Assembly (NCBI GenBank): GCA_038087875.1
Contig: CM075989.1
Location: 23,128,001-23,192,000 of the forward strand
From: Malacoraja senta
Lineage: Eukaryota
Length of the DNA: 64,000 bases
Direction: 5' to 3'
Below are positions 62,778 to 64,000 of the stretch, one piece after another. Position numbers and translations under genes: made by a program. The stretch's first letter is position 1; the number at the start of each line of letters is the position of its first letter. The notes below the pieces were generated by a model that was given only the letters and a program-made list of their open reading frames with translations, was not told the DNA's origin and did not search any database.

Positions 62778-64000
62778 GATTGTTACCTTTGCGGTCCTTC
62801 TTTTAACTCTCCTCCTAACTCCCTAAATTCTCCTTTCAGGACCTCTTCTCTTTTTCTACCTGTATCTGTGCTGTACTGTCCTATGTTCTGTTGTTGTAGA
62901 ACCTACCTCAACTACCTCCTCCGGCAGCTCGTTCCATACATCCACCACCCTGAGTGTGAAAATGGCTGTAACTCAGGTTCCCAGTAAATCTTTTTCCCCC
63001 TCACCTTAAGCCTACGTCTTCTGGTTTTTGATTCCCCAACTCTGGATAATAAAAGACTCTGTGCATTCAAATGTTTCCAGCATTTTCTGTTTACATTTCA
63101 GATTCCCAACATCTGCAGTCTTTTTAACTCCTACACTTTGTTGCTTGAATGAGCCATTCAGACACAGTTGGCCATTCTCTTCAACATCACAGCTATGGGA
63201 AAAACTTTGTTAACTTGCGAGCTTTTCAACTTTGAAAGGAAATGACTACATCATTAGGTGGCACAGCGGTAGAGTTGCTGCCTTGCAGTGCCAAAGACCC
63301 GGGCTGGATCCTGACTACGGGTGCTGTCTGTACCGAGTTTGTACATTCTCCCCGTTACCTGCGTGGGCTTTCTCTGAGAGCTTCGGTTTCCTCCACAACC
63401 CCAAAGACGTACAAGTTAATTGGCTTGGTGTAAATGTAAAATTGTCCCTAGTGTGTGTAGAATAGTGTTAATGTGCGGGGATCGCTGGTCGGTGCGGACT
63501 GGGTGGGCCAAAGGGCCTGCTTCCGCGCTGTATCTCTAAACTAAACTGAACTAAAACTATATTACTGAGCTGTCCTCTCACCAACTAAAGAGCGGTCCTG
63601 AGCTACCTCATTGGAGACCCACAGACTATCTTTAAATGGACTTTCCTGGACTTGCAGTAAACGTTATTCCCTTTATCCTGTATCTGTACACTTTACGGCT
63701 CGATTGTAATCATGTAGTCTTTTCGCTGTCCGGATCGCAAAAAACAAAACATTTTTCACTGTACCTCGGTACATGTGACAATAAGCTAAACTAAACCAAC
63801 AAAAAAAATTAAATAGGCACAAAATGCTGAAGTATCTCAGCAGATCAGGCAGCACCTATGGAGAAAATGGATAGGTGATGTTTCCTATCTACTTTCTCCA
63901 GAAATGTTGCCTGACCCGCTGAGTCACTCCAGCACTTTGTGTCTACCTTTGGTGCAAACAATATCTGCAGTTCCTTTTTATTACAGTGAAAAACTTTTTG

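Larger units (their letters stand above)
58996..62860 (-). mobile_element. Near-full-length, 5'-truncated CR1-clade LINE (HER1-like), disrupted
   Basis: Contains an ORF1 C-terminus, an APE endonuclease (LNARSIRNK, ITETWL, VYRPP, MGDFN), an RT (QHGF, SGVPQGSVLGP, FADD) and a short 3' UTR with a CTATGTTT-type tail. Frameshifts and a SINE insertion are present. Confidence 0.95.

Overview
Repeat-dense vertebrate DNA, most likely a cartilaginous fish (skate/ray-type HE1 SINEs, HER1/CR1 LINEs, Penelope-derived fold-backs), with two 200-N assembly gaps. One protein-coding gene is supported. Three + strand exons (14016-14481, 17402-17571, 28683-28771) encode the acidic N-terminus and FKBP domain of an FKBP8/FKBP38 paralog (fkbp16-like). 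Its first coding intron has a GC donor, and I could not find its TPR/TM exons in the window. The rest is mostly transposons: a near-full-length disrupted CR1 LINE (~58996-62860), Rex1 fragments, Harbinger- and hAT-like MITEs and several SINEs. The most notable signal is a ~200-bp TSD-flanked short retroelement present twice (4349-4562 and 57387-57580, - strand). Its 5' end begins at an HDV-like double-pseudoknot motif closely resembling the mammalian CPEB3 ribozyme. Many Penelope-derived repeats also carry minimal hammerhead cores. All calls were made by eye; no searches or folding programs were run.
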